From: a virus
Lineage: Duplodnaviria > Caudoviricetes
Length of the DNA: 64,000 nt
Strand: one strand, 5' to 3'
Virus record (IMG/VR): IMGVR_UViG_3300012984_000010
The translations under genes were made by a program, and so were the position numbers. Below the pieces are notes generated by a model that was not told the DNA's origin, did no database searches, and worked only from the letters and a program-made list of their open reading frames with translations. Shown one piece after another: positions 10,051 to 19,639 of the stretch (positions within the stretch are counted from its first letter, which is position 1; the number at the start of each line of letters is the position of its first letter).

Positions 10051-10527
10051 ATGAAGATGTGGAATCAAATAGTAGATCACACCTGTAGGTGGTTGTGCCG
10101 CACTTTCCCAAGCCGTACTAGAGTGGTGCCAAGGGCAGACAGTCCTGAAATAGGCATGCTGACTCAGTTCAAGCTCGTTCCAAAAATACTCTATTTGCAG
10201 CATTTTGAGGAGCCTGAATCCAAGGACTACTTCCACCGTCATCGATGGCACTACATGAGGTCCTGGGTCTTATCAGGACACTACGTAGAAGAGCGTCCTG
10301 GGATGTTGATCACCCGCCGAGCCGGCACCACCTACTCGATGAACCACCAAACGGTCCATCGAGTCGATAGTTGGAGCAAGGACTGCTGGACCTTATTCCT
10401 GATGCTCAAGCCTGACGACGACTGGGGCTACTACGAGCGCTCTGGAACCCGTTTAGGAAAGTTCACCCACTGGCGTCAATTCCTCAAGGCTAGGGTGCCT
10501 AGCCTTGAGACAGGGAAAATAACCTGA
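10051..10527 (+). CDS. Cupin-like protein
   Basis: FHRHRW...VLSGHYVEE...HRVD metal-binding pattern. Confidence 0.6.
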   Translation: MKMWNQIVDHTCRWLCRTFPSRTRVVPRADSPEIGMLTQFKLVPKILYLQHFEEPESKDYFHRHRWHYMRSWVLSGHYVEERPGMLITRRAGTTYSMNHQTVHRVDSWSKDCWTLFLMLKPDDDWGYYERSGTRLGKFTHWRQFLKARVPSLETGKIT

Positions 10528-10531
10528 CGGT

Positions 10532-10930
10532 CTACCGAACCTTACTTCTAGCGTAAGCCAGGGCGTCAGCCCACCCATCAGCAGTGCCTGGGAATCTTGC
10601 AGCAGGGCTAGGGGCATGGTGCTTAGTGACCTTCAGCTTAGGGTCTCTGAAGTGGGGATCGATGTTTCGCCAATGGATGACTTGTAGTTCAGTCACATTG
10701 AGGAACACCATGACTTTCAGCCCTTCGTAGGCACAACTGCGACAGTTTGGGTATTTGACCTTTAGGACCAGATGCTGTCCAACCCTCTCGGCTTCTTCAA
10801 TCGAGTAATTCGAGGCGTCAGGAGTGACGGGAGTAGGGGCACGATATGGCTCAACATACCTGGGATGAGAGCTACAACTAGTATCGTCAGCGCTGTGTCG
10901 ACAGACCATGATGTTACTCACGTACACCAA
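10532..10930 (-). CDS. Hypothetical protein
   Basis: 132-aa ORF. Confidence 0.55.
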   Translation of the reverse strand: MVYVSNIMVCRHSADDTSCSSHPRYVEPYRAPTPVTPDASNYSIEEAERVGQHLVLKVKYPNCRSCAYEGLKVMVFLNVTELQVIHWRNIDPHFRDPKLKVTKHHAPSPAARFPGTADGWADALAYARSKVR

Positions 10931-11012
10931 AAACGAGCTGTCTCCTTGGCATCGGAGACTTATTCGGCCTACTCTAGCCGGTGCTTGCGCACTACCTGGA
11001 CGCCAGCCAGGT

Positions 11013-11086
11013 TGGAGCGAGTAGCGGGGATCGAACCCGCCTAATTGCGTTGGGAACGCAGTGCCTGACCACTAGGCTATACTCGC
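11013..11086 (-). tRNA. tRNA-Gly(CCC)
   Basis: Loop TTCCCAA; U73; CCA encoded. Confidence 0.92.
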
Positions 11087-11252
11087 AAAACTTTCAGAAT
11101 CATCAGGTCAACCAACGGACCTTGTGGAGTGCATCGACGACGGTATGTCCCTGGTTGAGAGGTCTCCAGACTCACTTCCTGACTATCTGAAAGCCGGCCC
11201 TGGGAGCTTACTCCAGAGCCTTCGAGGCCCCTTCATTGGGGGTTGCTCGTAG

Positions 11253-11292
11253 GGTGGGTGGCAGGACTCGAACCCGCGAAACCTTTACCCAC
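11253..11292 (-). ncRNA. tRNA minihelix-like element (acceptor plus T arm only)
   Basis: GTGGGT-AAAGGTTTC-GCGGG-TTCGAGT-CCTGC-CACCCAC. Confidence 0.45.
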
Positions 11293-11298
11293 ATTGTG

Positions 11299-11952
11299 TT
11301 AGTAGGCCCAGACAATCTCGACGTCATCCATGACAGACGCTATCGAGCTAGATGTACGGTTGAGACCTACTCTAACGATCATGGCGTCCTGACAGGCTGT
11401 AGTGCTGGTAATTGTAACCTGCTGCCATTGGCCCGTAGAAGATGCTGGGAAGTTGAAGTCCGACACAGCAAGATAGAAGTAGTCGGGAGACAGCAATTGG
11501 AACGATCCATTGGCCCCGTTACGAGCGGAAGGTTTGACCCAGATGGAGGCCGAGCAGAAACGCAATGGCGTTGAATCTGTCGGCTTTGGAACGGTGCAAC
11601 CGGCCTTCATGGTCTTGGATTTGACCAGATCGTTCCTAGTGATGTACCGGTCCGCCACCAAGTAGCTGTCATTCGGCTCAGTGGTAGAAAAAGACATGAG
11701 GGCCGCCCCAGTTCCAGAATGAGCTGTCCCTGTACTGACAGTTTTGATCTCCGCCACTCCTGTGTTGCTGTTCCCCCATGTCCACCAATCCTCTGCAGTG
11801 TTGGATTCGAAGCCATCTTGCGACGTGTACTTCCAACACCATGCAAAAGGGTTAGGAGTTGTGGCTGCTTGGACTGGAGAGCAAGAGAACAAGGAGGCAA
11901 GGAGAGCGACAAGAAGGCTGAGCGAAATCAGGGAACGAAATAGCTTGGGCAT
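11299..11952 (-). CDS. Secreted protein with carbohydrate-binding-like beta-sandwich domain
   Basis: Hydrophobic signal peptide; FES...W, AHSG, SASIWVK, WQQVT, MDDVEI (CBM4/9-like). Confidence 0.6.
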   Translation of the reverse strand: MPKLFRSLISLSLLVALLASLFSCSPVQAATTPNPFAWCWKYTSQDGFESNTAEDWWTWGNSNTGVAEIKTVSTGTAHSGTGAALMSFSTTEPNDSYLVADRYITRNDLVKSKTMKAGCTVPKPTDSTPLRFCSASIWVKPSARNGANGSFQLLSPDYFYLAVSDFNFPASSTGQWQQVTITSTTACQDAMIVRVGLNRTSSSIASVMDDVEIVWAY

Positions 11953-11998
11953 AGGGTCTCCTGTTTTGAGTCGAGCGAGCGGGGATCGAACCCACTCG

Positions 11999-12072
11999 TG
12001 GAGCCCCCAGTCAGAATCGAACTGACCTATCCGTCTTACAAGGGCGGTGCATCACCACAATGCTTTGGGGGC
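11999..12072 (-). tRNA. tRNA-Thr(UGU)
   Basis: Loop CTTGTAA; CCA encoded. Confidence 0.9.
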
Positions 12073-12098
12073 GTTAGTATGTCTGACCGTTACGGTAT

Positions 12099-12347
12099 CT
12101 AGGACACGAATTGATTGAACGTTCCGATCAACGGTTCCAACGGCTTGTGAAACTCATATTCCTTACAGGAACCGTATCGAAAGATACTGAGCTGTCTAGG
12201 TTCTCCCGTGTGCTTGAGGTGATCGTACTGATGCTTCTGGCACGTCCCCCAATCGTTCTGAGGGAACAGCCCGTGAACACACAGACCGCAAGCGGGACGA
12301 ATCTCGTAAGAGAGGTCCTGCAGCACTTTGAGCTTATTGGCGTCCAT
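12099..12347 (-). CDS. Hypothetical Cys-rich protein
   Basis: 82-aa ORF, CGLC. Confidence 0.55.
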   Translation of the reverse strand: MDANKLKVLQDLSYEIRPACGLCVHGLFPQNDWGTCQKHQYDHLKHTGEPRQLSIFRYGSCKEYEFHKPLEPLIGTFNQFVS

Positions 12348-12783
12348 TGTCTATACCCAGATAGGTGTGGAGAGCGCCCAAAACTGAGGCCCTCAGGGCT
12401 TCCCTAGAATGAGTTTCAAGAGTTTCTGGCCCACCGTAACTAACCCAACCTAGAGACGAAATACAGTAAGCTAGTCTACGCTGCACAACACCCTGACCGA
12501 CAGGTTCGAAGCGAATCGAAACTCTACTCTTAGGTCCTGTGATTAACAGTACAGGCTCTCCCCCAGTAATAGTTTGGGCCAAATCAAGACCATAAAACAG
12601 ATCTCGATGCTGTTGGATACACTCAGTCAACTCGGGAGCCAATTCATCGAGCCAGGTACGGAGATCCTGGATCCTGGATACGGCTTCCTCCTCAGCTTTC
12701 TTGAGGAGATTTGCTTTACGCAGCTTCTCCTCAAGCTCTTGCTGTAAGGTCGCCACTAGGTCACTGGTATTGACGAGAGCCAT
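12334..12783 (-). CDS. Hypothetical protein
   Basis: 149-aa ORF with GGAGG-like RBS. Confidence 0.6.
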   Translation of the reverse strand: MALVNTSDLVATLQQELEEKLRKANLLKKAEEEAVSRIQDLRTWLDELAPELTECIQQHRDLFYGLDLAQTITGGEPVLLITGPKSRVSIRFEPVGQGVVQRRLAYCISSLGWVSYGGPETLETHSREALRASVLGALHTYLGIDNGRQ

Positions 12784-13285
12784 ACCCCCTCTACACCGGA
12801 ATCACGTAACCCTCTTCCTCGGCCTTATGATCGGCCGTCTCCTTGTCTTCTTCAGACAGGGCGTAGACGACTTCGTTACCTTCGTCGTCAGGGCGGAAGT
12901 ACCAGGTGCCTCCCAAGCCTGAACTAGGAGGGTAGGTGGCACATTCGCAGTTGTAGGTATGTCGGTGTTTTTCCCAGGGGCCAAGAGTTCTGTTGGGCAC
13001 TACTTAGGAAGGTCAATAACTCAATTAGGAGCCGCAGCAGCCCCCATCACGACGGGTGTCCCAGAGGTCCAATCTGCCTCTGTATTACATGCACGGACCG
13101 AACAAATCTTCACCACCATCCCAGCCATCCGCTGTTCATATGTGCGATTGTCCCCCATTTCCTTACCACAACGGGGGCACGGAAAATCGGGTGGAACTAC
13201 CTCGGTGGAGAGGCCGGCTTCAACATAATCAGTGGCTGAGGTGTTGTCTTTCATGGGATCCCAATACATGAGTCCATAATAGGAT

Positions 13286-13657
13286 TCACAGGCCTGGGAT
13301 GGTGACTTGCCGGGGTTTTGGAGGAGCAGGTGGTTCGGGCGTACGGGCTATCCCATATTCCAGCTCGCCAGCCCTGAGCTCTTGAAGCAACTGTTTGCGA
13401 CCAACCGCATTAGCCAATAGCTCGGCGATCCGCACCCCTTCCTTGGTACCCCTCGCCCTAGCAGAGCTTTTGGCAACCTTGGTAGAGATGGTCCATTCGA
13501 TCGACGTATGTTCCAGGTGAGCAGTACAGTATCCCATCACCGAACCATTGACCGAATTCAGGGAAATGAGTGTCTCCTTGGGGCGTAGGCTGTACTGCCT
13601 GACCGTCTCCAACATCTCAAAAATATCGTCGAATTCCACCATCGCCTCAGACGTCAT
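13286..13657 (-). CDS. Hypothetical protein
   Basis: 123-aa ORF in a tightly packed run. Confidence 0.55.
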   Translation of the reverse strand: MTSEAMVEFDDIFEMLETVRQYSLRPKETLISLNSVNGSVMGYCTAHLEHTSIEWTISTKVAKSSARARGTKEGVRIAELLANAVGRKQLLQELRAGELEYGIARTPEPPAPPKPRQVTIPGL

Positions 13658-14027
13658 CGAGCAAATGTTCCCATGCAGAGCGGGGGGTTCCTGGCTCCAA
13701 ATCTTTAGGAATGGCGTTCAGAGCGTCCACCAATTTGGTGCGATCTGAAATCCTAGTGAAGCAGTTCTTGATGCCTTTGATCTTCAGGTAAGTCTTGGGC
13801 CAATCGACGTGCTTCAAATGGGCTTGTTCATAGCAAAACAGGGTGAATGTCTTCGACACCCCCATACTGAAGATCAGATTCTTGGCGTCATTGGACACCA
13901 CGACAATCCAGCCTGTTTTCCGTCGAAGGCGTTGAATGTCCTCCAACATGGCGAACAGATTGATGTATTGGTAAGTCTTACCCAACACCTCTTCCGGAAC
14001 GATGTTCTCTGGCAGCTCTTCTTCCAC
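13647..14027 (-). CDS. Hypothetical protein
   Basis: 126-aa ORF, GTG start. Confidence 0.55.
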   Translation of the reverse strand: MEEELPENIVPEEVLGKTYQYINLFAMLEDIQRLRRKTGWIVVVSNDAKNLIFSMGVSKTFTLFCYEQAHLKHVDWPKTYLKIKGIKNCFTRISDRTKLVDALNAIPKDLEPGTPRSAWEHLLDDV

Positions 14028-14030
14028 CCG

Positions 14031-14195
14031 CTACCTTACACCGGCATCTCGACGCTGCTCCGCCTCAGAAAGACGTGCCTTACGTTCTTGCCAAGTTTGG
14101 CTAGCTAGCCGATCTTTGCGGTAATTGGCCTTATGCGGTTTGCACATCAAACAGCCTGCCCTAGATGTCTTCGGTTTCCTACGCTTATGATGCAT
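14031..14195 (-). CDS. Small basic protein (54 aa)
   Basis: Manual translation MHHKRRKPKTSRAGCLMCKPHK...; ends in TAG in frame with the next ORF. Confidence 0.55.
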   Translation of the reverse strand: MHHKRRKPKTSRAGCLMCKPHKANYRKDRLASQTWQERKARLSEAEQRRDAGVR

Positions 14196-14714
14196 GAGAT
14201 CTCCCTGGCCGGCGTCACCGGCACGGTTGTGATCTCAGGGGCGTAGAGACGTTTGGACATTGGTCAGAGAAGGTGATCGGTAACGTCGACCGATTCCACC
14301 TGGTCGGTCAACAGCAAGTAGGCTTGCTTGGCAAGCTCCTCCACTGTCGTTCCCTCGGGAACGTCTCCAACACAGAACTTCACATCAACAAGTCCGTGGT
14401 TGGCTACCTGGTCTTGTTCCCAAGCTTTCAGCTTGTTGGTGTATTCGGTGGACATCGATAAGCTGCTCCGATAGGATGATTTTCAATCTCCTCACCCAAT
14501 GCCTGATACCTGCAATTCTCGCAGGGCAACGGGTCGGAGGTCAACAGTTGTTCGCCCTCAGCAGGCTGACCGCAACGGCTGCATTTCTTGGGCTGGAAGA
14601 AGTCCTTGAACAGGTCAGGATTGTCCAGCAGGTCTTTTAGAGTGTAGGCCATCGTATCGTCTACACCAAGAGGAAAAGGATTAAGGGCACCCGAGGCGGA
14701 AAGCAGATTGTTGA

Positions 14715-14787
14715 TGCAAGATACAGGAATCGAACCTGTTACTTTCGGTTTTTAGGACCAACGCTCTACCAAGTGAGCTAATTTTGC
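14715..14787 (-). tRNA. Atypical tRNA (class I scaffold, loop CCUAAAA)
   Basis: Cloverleaf intact but C33 and UAA anticodon without a variable arm. Confidence 0.55.
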
Positions 14788-14814
14788 GTGTATGCTTTCC
14801 AGGGTGGGTACCCT

Positions 14815-14942
14815 TGGCGCCGCTTCCAGGAGTCGAACCTGGCGAAGCTTGTAAGCTCTACTTTGGAACCCCTTTCAGGGTCGAGATAGAGAGCGGGGGA
14901 TTGGTTTCCTTAACAGGGAAATTGGACCCACGTCCAAGCGGC
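14815..14942 (-). ncRNA. Five-arm tRNA-like RNA, member 1 (unpermuted; Asn GUU loop, G73, CCA)
   Basis: GCCGCTT/AAGCGGC acceptor; TTTCC-CTGTTAA-GGAAA; extra arm with CCGCTCT, CTC-G and TACAAGC; T arm. Confidence 0.8.
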
Positions 14943-14948
14943 ATATTC

Positions 14949-15088
14949 AGTTACAATCGAGTGCGTCAACCAGTTTTGCTGTTTTTCTTGATAGGAAAAT
15001 GTCCTGCCACTAGACGATATTCCCCGAAGGGAGTAACGGGAATCGAACCCGTGCATTGCGTGTATGGTTGATGCTGGTGACTGTAACC
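14949..15088 (-). ncRNA. Five-arm tRNA-like RNA, member 2 (circularly permuted)
   Basis: Order T arm, acceptor 3' strand, UUCG, acceptor 5' strand, D arm, anticodon arm; ends pair GGTTACAGTC/GATTGTAACT; TACACGC. Confidence 0.8.
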
Positions 15089-15091
15089 TAG

Positions 15092-15220
15092 TGGGGGATC
15101 TGGGAATCGAACCCAGGCTTGTATGACCTGCCTAGTGTCCCATTGCTGGGACGAGGAGCAGAGCGGTGTTTTTTCCAAAACCAAAATTTGGATGAGGGAA
15201 CCTACCCTCTGTGATCCCCC
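15092..15220 (-). ncRNA. Five-arm tRNA-like RNA, member 3 (unpermuted)
   Basis: GGGGGAT/ATCCCCC acceptor; CCGCTCT, CTC-G and TACAAGC; T arm CTGGG-TTCGATT-CCCAG. Confidence 0.8.
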
Positions 15221-15277
15221 GAAAGGATCGTGACAATGTGTATGTACACCGAGAAGGCGTGAGCCGTCAAGCGAAAA

Positions 15278-15853
15278 TCAGACGGCGAACACTCCCTGTG
15301 GGTTGATTTGGTAACCCGTCTGCTTCCCATTGCTGAGAAACAGTCGTGCCGAGTGGGCCAAGAAGCTGGCCGTGATGCTGATGAAGGGAAGGTGTTCTCC
15401 ATCTTCACACGTGGCCGCCCCACCAGCCCCCTCATCATCGATTTCGAAGCCGGCGTCCCAAACGACTCGGCCGAAGCCGCCATTGGCCGCCAGGGCCCCA
15501 TGCAGGCATGGAGTTTTGGTCTTGCGAGCGAAGGCTTGCACGATCCGCCTCGCCTGACCGTTGTCCAGGCAATCGATGATCAGGTCCGATCGGCCCAGCA
15601 ACTGAGTATCGTTTTCCGATGTCAGCTTGTGGGGGATCGTCTCAATCTTGGTGCCAAAGAGGAAATTCATCGTCTGTTGGATCGATTGGGTCTTACTCTT
15701 GCCCACATGCGTCTTCGAGTGGAACTGCGAACTGACGTTCTTTTGCTCCACCCGATCGTAGTCGATGATGCGAAGCGTCGCCTCGACGTTTCGAAGCAAC
15801 ATGACAACGTGGGAACCCAGGGCTCCCACACCCACGATGGTGACGATCTTCAT
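15278..15853 (-). CDS. ThiF/MoeB/E1-like adenylyltransferase
   Basis: IVGVGALGSH, IDYDRVEQKNV, IIDCLDN; single Cys in ATCEDG. Confidence 0.92.
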   Translation of the reverse strand: MKIVTIVGVGALGSHVVMLLRNVEATLRIIDYDRVEQKNVSSQFHSKTHVGKSKTQSIQQTMNFLFGTKIETIPHKLTSENDTQLLGRSDLIIDCLDNGQARRIVQAFARKTKTPCLHGALAANGGFGRVVWDAGFEIDDEGAGGAATCEDGEHLPFISITASFLAHSARLFLSNGKQTGYQINPQGVFAV

Positions 15854-15879
15854 GTTGTCTCTATACGGTTTTAGTGCGG

Positions 15880-16080
15880 TCAGGTTAAGGGTGTTTGAGC
15901 ACAAGCGTAGTACTGTTCTTCAGCTTCTCTCAACTTAACCTTGAGCCATCGGTCTTTACGGATCCATGTCAGATCCTGGGAAATCTCTCCCCTGGATTCA
16001 TGAAAAGACACCTGACGACGGAGACGTGCAATGCGTTGATCAAGCAACACTAATGCACGCTCCTGTTCATCAAACGTCAA
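15880..16080 (-). CDS. Small hypothetical protein
   Basis: 66-aa helical ORF within the operon. Confidence 0.5.
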   Translation of the reverse strand: MTFDEQERALVLLDQRIARLRRQVSFHESRGEISQDLTWIRKDRWLKVKLREAEEQYYACAQTPLT

Positions 16081-16081
16081 T

Positions 16082-16339
16082 TCAGGCTCCGAACGGAACC
16101 TTTGGACGCAGCATGAGACGGTTGTACGGGATGTCGTCAGTGGCCGGATAGCGGTCCACTACGAAATCGGTGAAGTTGGCGGTCGGATCAGCCGTGATAC
16201 CTGGGATGCCAGAATGCACTGCCTCAGTGGCCCACGTCTGAATGGACGCAAGACCTGCGTCATAGTTGACCGGATCCGGCAACTCGCCCAGCTGGGCATT
16301 GTACGAGATGATCAGTTTCGCTTGGTTAGTTTCCATCAT
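16082..16339 (-). CDS. Ubiquitin-like (beta-grasp) protein, predicted
   Basis: 85 aa ending RPKVPFG-A, between JAB and E1 genes. Confidence 0.7.
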   Translation of the reverse strand: MMETNQAKLIISYNAQLGELPDPVNYDAGLASIQTWATEAVHSGIPGITADPTANFTDFVVDRYPATDDIPYNRLMLRPKVPFGA

Positions 16340-16351
16340 AATCTCCGTTAT

Positions 16352-16780
16352 TTAGAGTCCTTGCTGACTCTCGATGGAGACAGCAATCAAGTTTGAAAGT
16401 TCGCGTAGCTTGATGAGCCAATCGGGAATCTCCCAATCTTCCTCACCATCTTCGAATTGACCGCCATGAGCGTAGTCGTACAAGCCTGGGCCTTTCCAGG
16501 TAAAGAACGCCACATGGTCTGATGAGGTGATGGGCCACACCAATCGGCGACCCAACCCTCTCTCAACGGCCGAAAAAGTAGTCAGATCTTCGTGAGAAGG
16601 GGCGACTGGTCCTGATCCAGGATGACTGTGGGCAAAACCATATAGGTTTTGATGGTTGTTCAGCAACACCTCCCACAAGTCTCTGCTGTCAGGCAGATAA
16701 CCAACCGACCGTCCAGGAGGTAGGTGCCAGTAAATAACACTCTCATCCTTCGCCAACACCACTCCTGTTTCAATCGACAT
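16352..16780 (-). CDS. JAB/MPN+ metallopeptidase
   Basis: JAMM motif FAHSHPGSGPVAPSHEDL. Confidence 0.88.
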   Translation of the reverse strand: MSIETGVVLAKDESVIYWHLPPGRSVGYLPDSRDLWEVLLNNHQNLYGFAHSHPGSGPVAPSHEDLTTFSAVERGLGRRLVWPITSSDHVAFFTWKGPGLYDYAHGGQFEDGEEDWEIPDWLIKLRELSNLIAVSIESQQGL

Positions 16781-17729
16781 GTCTAAAAACCACCAGTTTC
16801 CTTTCACGCTGTGCTTCCCGAATTACACCAGGGAGAGTCTCCAGCGTGAGCCAAGTATCTCCTTTGGTGCCTTCTTCAAAGGCTTCGTCATCGTAATGGG
16901 CCGTCAAACAGATACCGGCGTCAATGATCTGCAGTGTATGTTGGTGGCACACACATTCAAAACGCTGACCATCTAGTCTGAATCGAATCACCATCTCGTT
17001 CCGGTGAGGTGCTTGACGAGTGTCAAGAAGCTGGGCGCCGCCTACCGACAGGGCTGCCCGAGCGGCCTGTTGGAAGTCTACTCGTGCCATCGCCCTACGG
17101 CCGGCACTATCGCCAAGTTGCTCAACAAGACGGCGGCGGTTTTCCTCGCGCTGCCGTGCCTCTTCAGCCTCCTGTCTGACACGTTCGGCTTCTACCCGCC
17201 TTCTTTCCGCTTCAACCCTCTGCAGGGTCTCCATCCGGAAAGCGGCATCTAGGGCCGGTGTGACGCCAAGAATGTGGTCCAAGGAGTCTTTCTCATCCAG
17301 GAAGGCATCAAGAACCTGTTGTTCAGGTCCCAGCGGCATTTCCTGGTTCATGAAAATCAGTGGTCCGTCATCAAAGACTCGGCCCACTGCAATCCGTGAA
17401 AATCGATCGACACCTGCTTCGATCAAGAACACTTCTGGGTGTTGTGCCGCGATATCCCGTAGGTTGATCGCCCTGACCAGATTGTCCGCAACGAATCTAT
17501 TTCCCACAAGATAACCGCATTCCTTGTGGAGCAGCATCTCAGGGTCTGGGTCAGACTCAGACCTGAGGGTCAATTTCTGACCCTTAGCGTTGAAAACATA
17601 CCAACCATGTTCCTGGGGAGTCTTGCCTTCGAGGCGGTATTCAGTGTAATCCGCGCCCAAAAGGGTGCGGCCACCTGTCCAAGGGAATACCTTGGATTGT
17701 TCTACCTCAAGCAAGTCTCTCCAGGACAT
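16770..17729 (-). CDS. Hypothetical protein in Ro/Ubl operon (coiled coil plus IDAGICL domain)
   Basis: 319-aa ORF overlapping the JAB start. Confidence 0.75.
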   Translation of the reverse strand: MSWRDLLEVEQSKVFPWTGGRTLLGADYTEYRLEGKTPQEHGWYVFNAKGQKLTLRSESDPDPEMLLHKECGYLVGNRFVADNLVRAINLRDIAAQHPEVFLIEAGVDRFSRIAVGRVFDDGPLIFMNQEMPLGPEQQVLDAFLDEKDSLDHILGVTPALDAAFRMETLQRVEAERRRVEAERVRQEAEEARQREENRRRLVEQLGDSAGRRAMARVDFQQAARAALSVGGAQLLDTRQAPHRNEMVIRFRLDGQRFECVCHQHTLQIIDAGICLTAHYDDEAFEEGTKGDTWLTLETLPGVIREAQRERKLVVFRHVD

Positions 17730-17782
17730 GATACTATCTAACGGTCACCTGGAGGAGAGGTTTAGTCTCCTCCAGGCTCTTT

Positions 17783-19639
17783 TCAGGCTGCCCAAGCAGG
17801 CTTCTGTAGCAGGTCGGTCGCCAAGATGGTGTCCACAAGGGACAGACGAGGCTTGACCTGCGCCCTGGTTGCTGCGGCCGTTACCGGCGTAGCAGCGATC
17901 AGGTTACGAAGCACGCGAGGCACAGCGTACGGGTCGGTGAACGTCTTCTCATCGATCTCGAAGCACGGGATATTCAAACGAACAGCCGTTTCCTTGACCG
18001 CAGTACCTTGACCGTATTGACGGGAAGGAGTGGGGATGAGACCGAATGCGACCGGATTGAGGTCAGATTCCTGAACAGCTCGGCTGAATTGGGGGGCACC
18101 CTCATCACCAACGAAGATGAATAGGACATCCCTACCTGCAACAGGCCTGTACTTCTTGAGAGCAAGTACACCAGCACCGTAATCCGTACCACCACCTGCC
18201 TTGATACCTGAGAAGGCGTTGGTGACACCTGCTGCTGAAGCGTGAGGGATTCTTACTTCACGTCCCGCTGTGTTGAACACCGAAACGTGAAGATTATCCA
18301 GCGGGAAAGCTGGAACCATCTGAGAGATATATCGCTTAGCCTTCTCGATCGCCTCATCCATCGAACCAGAGATGTCGACAATGACGTAGACTTCCAGGTC
18401 CTTGGCCACTTCCTCGACAGCCTTTTGGACTGCCGTATCCGCCGCCTCCTGCAAGGCTTCCTTGACTTCCTTGGACTTGACCCGCAAAGCGACGTTAGCC
18501 GCCCGCTGGTCTTCCGCCTTCCTGAGGGCCGCCTGCCAACGCCCCTGAATGTCAGGAACCTTGAGCAAACCGTGCGATTCAAGGGTCTCGCTGTAGATGA
18601 TTAGGTCCTTGTCGGAAAGGGATCCCGATTCGATCGAGGCCGCCAATACAGCTCGGGTGAGACCAATCTGATCTGGCAACATACCGACGATTCGCTTGAA
18701 ATCGGGCTTTTGGGCCACGATCCGTTCGCAAATCTGTTCCTCAGTGAGACCTGCCCACGACTCAGCTGCCTTGACGGCCTTACCGATGGCGATCGTACGG
18801 TGACCGTCCTTCGCCTGGTCCTGCTTCCAACGAAGCAATTGGAAGAACTTCTCCGTTGTCGGCTTGTACCCGATCGCTCGTGCCAAACGAATGAGCGAGG
18901 TCCGGAAACCCTTCTTGATCAGACCCTTGAGCAGTTGCTGGTTGACCTCACGGTAACGCAACCACTTCTCGATCACTCGGGGGAGACGACCCAAGAAGGC
19001 GTTGCGCTGGCTCTGGCCGAAACCCAACTCACGGTTGACGGCCGCGACCTCGTCCAACTCCAAGAAATCCAGAAGGCGCAAGATCATCTTGACGTCCAGG
19101 AACTTCTTCCCGTCGCAAAGTACCATCGCCTCACCGATGTCTCGGAAGTCCTCATCGTAGAACGCCACCTTACCAGCATCCAAGACCGGATCGCCCTTAC
19201 GGGTCTGAACCAACATGAATGCCGCCAAAGCTACCTTCAAGTCACGGTGATCTTCACCGTAGGCGTAGCTAGCCCAACGAGCTGCAAACTCGTTGTCGAG
19301 CCGCCATACTTCGGCGATCTGGCGGTACATCCACTCAGCCACCTCAGGGAATAGGCCTGGCTTCATGTAGCGACCGACAATCGTACGACCGTCCAACACC
19401 TTACCGTCGGCACTCAAGGTGCCAAGACGAATCAGGTTCGTCTTCTTGCCCGCCTTTTCCTTGCGGTAGACGACCTTCTGGCCGGCCTCTTCCTTGTAGG
19501 TAACTGGAGACCACTTCACCTTGGTGACGGAAGTAGGGTCCGGCTGGACGATTCCTGGCCTATTGTGTACAGCATGATCGGAATAGGCCAAAAGCGTGTT
19601 GATGATGCGCTCTGCAGGGCCCAGGTTTTCATTTGCCAT
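17783..19639 (-). CDS. Ro60/TROVE-like helical domain plus C-terminal vWA protein
   Basis: vWA: VIVDISGSM, GGGTDY, FVGDE; helical N-terminus with KKGFRTSLIRLARAIGYKP resembling the TROVE signature. Confidence 0.72.
   Translation of the reverse strand: MANENLGPAERIINTLLAYSDHAVHNRPGIVQPDPTSVTKVKWSPVTYKEEAGQKVVYRKEKAGKKTNLIRLGTLSADGKVLDGRTIVGRYMKPGLFPEVAEWMYRQIAEVWRLDNEFAARWASYAYGEDHRDLKVALAAFMLVQTRKGDPVLDAGKVAFYDEDFRDIGEAMVLCDGKKFLDVKMILRLLDFLELDEVAAVNRELGFGQSQRNAFLGRLPRVIEKWLRYREVNQQLLKGLIKKGFRTSLIRLARAIGYKPTTEKFFQLLRWKQDQAKDGHRTIAIGKAVKAAESWAGLTEEQICERIVAQKPDFKRIVGMLPDQIGLTRAVLAASIESGSLSDKDLIIYSETLESHGLLKVPDIQGRWQAALRKAEDQRAANVALRVKSKEVKEALQEAADTAVQKAVEEVAKDLEVYVIVDISGSMDEAIEKAKRYISQMVPAFPLDNLHVSVFNTAGREVRIPHASAAGVTNAFSGIKAGGGTDYGAGVLALKKYRPVAGRDVLFIFVGDEGAPQFSRAVQESDLNPVAFGLIPTPSRQYGQGTAVKETAVRLNIPCFEIDEKTFTDPYAVPRVLRNLIAATPVTAAATRAQVKPRLSLVDTILATDLLQKPAWAA

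Noticed and set aside
11974-11998. Extra tRNA after tRNA-Thr
   Set aside because: Only a T arm and partial acceptor strand; similar fragments near 29835 and 33068-33140.
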